Positions 59,160 to 64,000 of a stretch of DNA of 64,000 bases are shown here, one piece after another; within the stretch, counting starts at the first letter, position 1; each line of letters opens with the position of its first letter. The stretch is from a virus: positions 1-64,000 of IMG/VR virus record IMGVR_UViG_3300020045_007300. One strand, 5' to 3'. Below the pieces are notes generated by a model. The model was not told the origin of the DNA, made no database searches, and saw only the letters and a program-made list of their open reading frames with translations. Made by a program: the position numbers and the translations under genes.

Positions 59160-59200
59160 GAAACCTGTTAGTTTTGTGGATATTACTAACGGGTTTTTTA
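59160..59200 (+). terminator. Intrinsic terminator
   Basis: AAACCTGTTAGT..ACTAACGGGTTTTTT. Confidence 0.7.
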
Positions 59201-59275
59201 TTGCCCATAAAAACGTGATACAATACCTGAACACTGTTTAATTACAACCACGCTGTGAAGCGCAAGGACATCACA

Positions 59276-61027
59276 ATGGCTACTATCGCCCCAAAACCAA
59301 ATAAACCAACTATCGGCATGGTGCGCGGAGCTGGTACGCAAACTTCCGATAGCATTGACGCTAAATTATCAACTGGTGAATCCGTGCTTAACGCAGGAGC
59401 TACCAAAGCACTCAAGGCGTTGCTTAAGAAAACAGGTGGCATGACCATTGATGAATTTAACGAACTTCACGCACCGAAAGACGCAGAAACTAAGGTAGTT
59501 GATGGTGTTCTTCATGCGGCACTTGGGGTAGACTTGGGCGCACAATCGAGGATAGATGAATTAACAGGGGTTGCAAAAAAGACAATGCCAAGTGCGATGC
59601 AATCCGCAAAAGCATTTGAACAAATGCCGCCAACTAGAGCCGCTACCGCCGCCGATGTTAATTTTGGTAATGGAATTAAACCAACTACCGCGCCAACAAT
59701 CGGAACTCCATCGGCAACACTGGTAAACGACACTACTATTCCCGTTCCGAAAACTGGGTTTTTAAAAGGTGTTGCAAATAACCTAGGTGGCTCTATGTCG
59801 CTTGGAACTGGACTGGCTAGTGAGTACGCACCTAAAGTTTTTGATGCTGGAGTTCAGCAAGCAATGCAGTCTGGTGGATTATCAAAAGATGCTCCAAGTA
59901 GATTATTTGGAGGGAATCAGGTTAGCGACAATGGAGTTACAAATACCGTTGATATTGCAAGTTTAAGAACCCCAGAAACACAAGCTAAGATTGATGCCAT
60001 GCCTAAAGCTCCAATAGCATCAATTGCCCCACCAACAGCCGTAACCGCACCAGATGCAACGGCGAAAGTAGCTCCTCAAGTTGGAGCGAATGATGGAATT
60101 GTAGCTAATTCGTTTAACACTGCAAAGGCTACTAGGGATGTAATTACCCCTGATAGATTAGCTCCTGTAGCAACTATGGCAAGTAACACACAAGCCCCTT
60201 CTCAAGAAGAAGTTAAGCCTGTTATGGTCGGTCAAGACCTTACTGGCAGAGGGATTACTAAAAGTGAAGGTGTTGGCAAGAATGGCTCTACATTGTACTC
60301 AGATGGTGGGATGGCTAATTTAGCCACCGCTCCGCAAGTTGGAGCGCAACCACAAAAAAGATTATCAGAGGAGCAAGTTAGACAACTATACCGTGAATTA
60401 CCCGCAGATTCATTTAGTGCGGCTGGTATGGGTGGAACAACAACACAGCAGCGTTATGACAAACAACAATTACCTGAAAATAGATTAAATCTTGCGCCAC
60501 AAGTTGACCCGAACGCACAACGTAACGCACTAATCGCGCAAACCAAGCAATCTGGAAACATTGGCGATAAGGCTATTCGTGATTCAGCAAACGCGCAATT
60601 AGCCGCACTGGATGCTAACGCCAGAAGCGACCAAGATAATAAATATAAAATGGCTTCATTAGGTCAAAACGCCAGCCAGTTTGAACAGCAACAACAAGTG
60701 GCTATGGCTACGGCTAAGAATGAAGCCAATAAGTACGCCAACGAACAAGCATTAAAAGAAAAAGAGTTTTCCCTAAAAAGCGAGGGTGGAACTACTGCTA
60801 TTGAAAAAGAAGACGGAACAACGGAATATCGGACAACAGGACGTGCTGGAGAAAGAAAAGCGTATGTCAATGAAGCAATGACGGGGTTAGAAACCAACCC
60901 TGAATATCTTGGTGGTGTTAATAAATTAATGAAAGAACGTGGCATGAGTCAGGTAGAAGCCGAGGCAGCAGCTAAAGACGCTTATAGACGACACCACTTA
61001 GAGATATTTAATAAAGGTGGTAAGTAA
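59276..61027 (+). CDS. Internal virion / DNA-ejection protein
   Basis: GMVRGAGTQTSDSIDAKLSTGESVLNA motif; low-complexity A/Q/P-rich body. Confidence 0.7.
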   Translation: MATIAPKPNKPTIGMVRGAGTQTSDSIDAKLSTGESVLNAGATKALKALLKKTGGMTIDEFNELHAPKDAETKVVDGVLHAALGVDLGAQSRIDELTGVAKKTMPSAMQSAKAFEQMPPTRAATAADVNFGNGIKPTTAPTIGTPSATLVNDTTIPVPKTGFLKGVANNLGGSMSLGTGLASEYAPKVFDAGVQQAMQSGGLSKDAPSRLFGGNQVSDNGVTNTVDIASLRTPETQAKIDAMPKAPIASIAPPTAVTAPDATAKVAPQVGANDGIVANSFNTAKATRDVITPDRLAPVATMASNTQAPSQEEVKPVMVGQDLTGRGITKSEGVGKNGSTLYSDGGMANLATAPQVGAQPQKRLSEEQVRQLYRELPADSFSAAGMGGTTTQQRYDKQQLPENRLNLAPQVDPNAQRNALIAQTKQSGNIGDKAIRDSANAQLAALDANARSDQDNKYKMASLGQNASQFEQQQQVAMATAKNEANKYANEQALKEKEFSLKSEGGTTAIEKEDGTTEYRTTGRAGERKAYVNEAMTGLETNPEYLGGVNKLMKERGMSQVEAEAAAKDAYRRHHLEIFNKGGK

Positions 61028-64000
61028 TGAGTTCTTTTAATGATTTTCTCGACAAACAATATGCGGAAAAACCAGAGGCGGCAAGCACCACTAAGGTAAA
61101 GTCATTTAATGATTTCCTAGATGAGCAGTACAAGGGAGTAGAGCCAGAAAAACCAAAAGCCAGCGGTGGCGTAGTAGCCGATATAGGGAAAGCCATAGTT
61201 CGCGGCGTGGCGAAAGCCCCCGATGCAATAGCAGGGTTAGCGCATACTGCTTTATCAGATAGTGCCATAGTAGGTGATGCAGCACTGGGCAACATGGATT
61301 CTTCCAGAATATCACCAGCACAAGCAGCTATTGATTATGGCTTAGGAACGGCAAGGGATAATACCACCCGTGCGTTTGCCGATAAAGTAGCAAAGGAGTT
61401 GCCGTATTCACAAGAAACACTGGATGCTTCTGACAGGCAGCAATCCGATAAAGCCGAGCGACTAAAGCAGATTGACATTGATACGCCTAAAATTAAGTCT
61501 GATGGCTTAATTCAAGATTTAAACGCTAACAATGCGTGGCGTACTGCCAAGCAAATAGGCGCGGGGGCAATTGCTGGATTAAGCGAACCACGCAGCTTAA
61601 TCCCCAGTGTTATTGAATCAATTCCTGAATTTGTCGCATTAGCGGCAGGTTCAAAAGGTGCGGGCATTGCTAAGGGCGCAGGTGGATTGGGCGATGCTTC
61701 TGTATTGGCAGAAAAGGCTAGGTTGGCGGGGGCTGGTGAATCGGTATCTGCTAAAGAAATGGCTAAACACACTGCGAAAGTAGATGGTTTGGCTACAAAA
61801 TTAGATAATGCAAAATTAGCAGGTGATACCGCGCTTGAAGCGGATATTAGCGCAAGAATAAGGAAAGCTAACGAATGGACAGCTAAAAAAGAACTAGCTA
61901 ATAATGCAGAAAAAGCAGCTACCAGACAAGATTTAGCGATTGCTGGGTTAGGTAACTTTACCCTTGAGGGGCAAGGTGCGTCCGATAGCGCAAGACAACA
62001 GTTTAATAACTTACCCGATGATGAATTAAGAAAAAATCCTGAGTTCGTTAATTTAGAAAATCAATACGGTTTTGAGCAAGCCAAAAAGATTGCCAGTGAA
62101 GCAACGGGTAATAAAGCCTATGCACCAGCGGCGGCACTTGGTTCTGTAGCATCACTTGGAACAGGTGGCGGCTTAGAAGGTGCGTTAATGCGTGGTTTCA
62201 AAGACACTGCCAAAGACGGAATTGTTAAAGCAGGTCTAAAAGGCGGATTTAAAGAGGGTTCAGAGGAATTTATTCAAGGCGGATCAGGTCAATTTGCAGA
62301 GAACACAGCATTAAACCCTTACACTGGCGTTGACTCAATGGAAGGCGTAGCGGCTGCCGCAGGTGAAGGCGCAGCTATGGGATTCTTGACAGGCGGCGGC
62401 GGAAGTGTCGTGGGTGCAGCTTATGATAAATATGCTCAGTCTAAAGCGCAGGCTGATATTTTAAAAAAACAGGCATTATCTCAAACTGGATTATCAGCAG
62501 CAGCTACGCAAGGACAAGCAGCATCAGCTCAAGCTGATGCTGATACACACCTAGCTAATGCACAAGGCTTGCAAGACGGCACAATAGCACCTGTTCAACC
62601 TGAACCAGTAGCCGAAGCTCCAAGTGCATTACCAAAAATAACACCTGACGTACACACGCATATTAGTAATGTACTGGATAGTTCATATCAAGATTATGTG
62701 AAAAAAGGCGACAAGGCGGCACTTAATAAAGGAGCAATTCAATCGGCAGCAAATGATTTGGGTGTTAGTTACGATCCATCAAAGGAATCAACAGCCGATA
62801 TTTTAGTAAAATCCAGAAAAGCACTGCAAAACTACAATATTGCCAATATCGACCCTGTAGCAATTGAACACGCACAAGATACAATTTCCAAGATTAACGA
62901 AAAATCAGCGCAAGGATTGCCACCGACTAATGTAGATAACTACAATCTATCCATTGCCGCTGAGAAATTAGGTACAAAACCAGATTTAAACGCACTCCAA
63001 TCAACCATTGATAAGCACCTTGAACTAAATGCAAAACCAGCACCAGAAAACCCTGTTAGCCCTACAGCAACAAATCCACTCGCAGACGGAAGCACTGAGT
63101 CGAGCTTACAGCCAGATTCAAATGCTGGAGTTACAAGTGAAGCAAAGCCAGCACCAGTTGGAAAAGCTGATACTGCAAAGCCAATCACGCCAAAATGGAT
63201 AGAAAGGCAAGCGGATTCTGATGTTATTAAAAATCCAAATAATTTTGGAAACTTGTCGTTTAAAACCACGAAAGAAGCAAATGATTTTATTGCTACACAC
63301 GGATTAAAAAATCATTCACCAGCTAAAGATGGTTATGGCGGTTATGAAATTCACAGTAAAAAGTTTGCCGAAGCCAATAAGCAAAAGCAAGACGCTGATA
63401 TTCCAGACGCATTGAAGCCAAGCGGTGAATATCACTCAGCGATACCTTCATTGCTTAATGATTTGGAAAAAGGTGGCGGAATTGTTGTTGATAGTAATAA
63501 TCGCCGCAGTCAATCTGTTAATCCAACTTGGTTTAAAGATGGATTTATTCTTGATGGGAACACAACGCCTGAAAAAGTTACAACCATTACGGACGCTATC
63601 CAAAAGTACGCCGACATTAAGGATGGAAAAAGAAAGGATGATTTAACAGGAAAAGACCATCGTATCCTGCAAAAACTTACCGATATTCTTACAGAAGATG
63701 AACGCGCAAACAGTGTTGAATCCGAAGACATCCGCAGCGATGAAGTTAAATCAGCTCATAAATTTATTGATGAATATGAAAATGGCGATTACGATCAAGA
63801 GCAATCAATAGGTCAAGACCTGTTGCATGCAAGAGCGACAGATAATAAAATCAATCCAGAAGATTATCGTAATTCTACTGGAATTTATGATAACTCAGAG
63901 ATTTACAAAGAACTTAAACGTAAAACAGGCTACAACACAAACAATGCAACAGATACACAACCTAATACAGCACAACCTGAATCACCGCGAACAAGTGAGA
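61027..64000 (+). CDS. N-terminal part of a very large internal virion/polyvalent protein (runs off window)
   Basis: ATG overlaps the previous TAA; MSSFNDFLDKQY.. appears open to the window end; EGSEEFIQG motif typical of such proteins. Confidence 0.75.
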   Translation, partial: MSSFNDFLDKQYAEKPEAASTTKVKSFNDFLDEQYKGVEPEKPKASGGVVADIGKAIVRGVAKAPDAIAGLAHTALSDSAIVGDAALGNMDSSRISPAQAAIDYGLGTARDNTTRAFADKVAKELPYSQETLDASDRQQSDKAERLKQIDIDTPKIKSDGLIQDLNANNAWRTAKQIGAGAIAGLSEPRSLIPSVIESIPEFVALAAGSKGAGIAKGAGGLGDASVLAEKARLAGAGESVSAKEMAKHTAKVDGLATKLDNAKLAGDTALEADISARIRKANEWTAKKELANNAEKAATRQDLAIAGLGNFTLEGQGASDSARQQFNNLPDDELRKNPEFVNLENQYGFEQAKKIASEATGNKAYAPAAALGSVASLGTGGGLEGALMRGFKDTAKDGIVKAGLKGGFKEGSEEFIQGGSGQFAENTALNPYTGVDSMEGVAAAAGEGAAMGFLTGGGGSVVGAAYDKYAQSKAQADILKKQALSQTGLSAAATQGQAASAQADADTHLANAQGLQDGTIAPVQPEPVAEAPSALPKITPDVHTHISNVLDSSYQDYVKKGDKAALNKGAIQSAANDLGVSYDPSKESTADILVKSRKALQNYNIANIDPVAIEHAQDTISKINEKSAQGLPPTNVDNYNLSIAAEKLGTKPDLNALQSTIDKHLELNAKPAPENPVSPTATNPLADGSTESSLQPDSNAGVTSEAKPAPVGKADTAKPITPKWIERQADSDVIKNPNNFGNLSFKTTKEANDFIATHGLKNHSPAKDGYGGYEIHSKKFAEANKQKQDADIPDALKPSGEYHSAIPSLLNDLEKGGGIVVDSNNRRSQSVNPTWFKDGFILDGNTTPEKVTTITDAIQKYADIKDGKRKDDLTGKDHRILQKLTDILTEDERANSVESEDIRSDEVKSAHKFIDEYENGDYDQEQSIGQDLLHARATDNKINPEDYRNSTGIYDNSEIYKELKRKTGYNTNNATDTQPNTAQPESPRTSE

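Noticed and set aside
1-64000. tRNA, tmRNA or rRNA genes
   Set aside because: No cloverleaf with T-loop/D-loop consensus was found by eye in intergenic regions; tRNAscan-SE or ARAGORN would be decisive.

Overview
The window is most of the genome of a tailed dsDNA phage, probably a podovirus-like caudoviricete. It begins in the C-terminal part of a large polyvalent (LPD38-like) virion/ejection protein and ends in the N-terminal part of another, or the same, very large protein. It contains a P22-like head module (TerS, TerL, portal, scaffold, capsid, adaptor, nozzle), tail/fibre genes and lambda-like O/P replication with iterons. It also has a Sak4-SSB-RdgC recombination operon, nucleotide-metabolism genes (dUTPase, dCTP deaminase, ThyX, orphan NrdJb), two DNA methyltransferases, TraR, three antirepressors, several HNH/GIY-YIG nucleases, two muralytic enzymes and a tnpB-only IS200/IS605 element. 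I saw no integrase, CI-type repressor, DNA polymerase, tRNA or CRISPR array. SSB, RdgC and NrdJb suggest a gammaproteobacterial host, possibly Methylococcaceae (recalled similarity, not a database result). The most unusual signals are non-coding. (1) Four promoter-hairpin-terminator leaders have two mutually complementary loops, with a different sequence at each locus. (2) A ~430-nt region with no sense-strand ORF and dense long-range pairing follows one of these leaders. (3) A small GNRA-type hairpin, often with a shared 13-bp box, lies upstream of late genes. (4) There is a C4-like antisense element and a GGA-repeat leader. In addition, the long tail fibre is strikingly enriched in N-X-S/T sequons. 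All calls are from manual reading; no searches were run.
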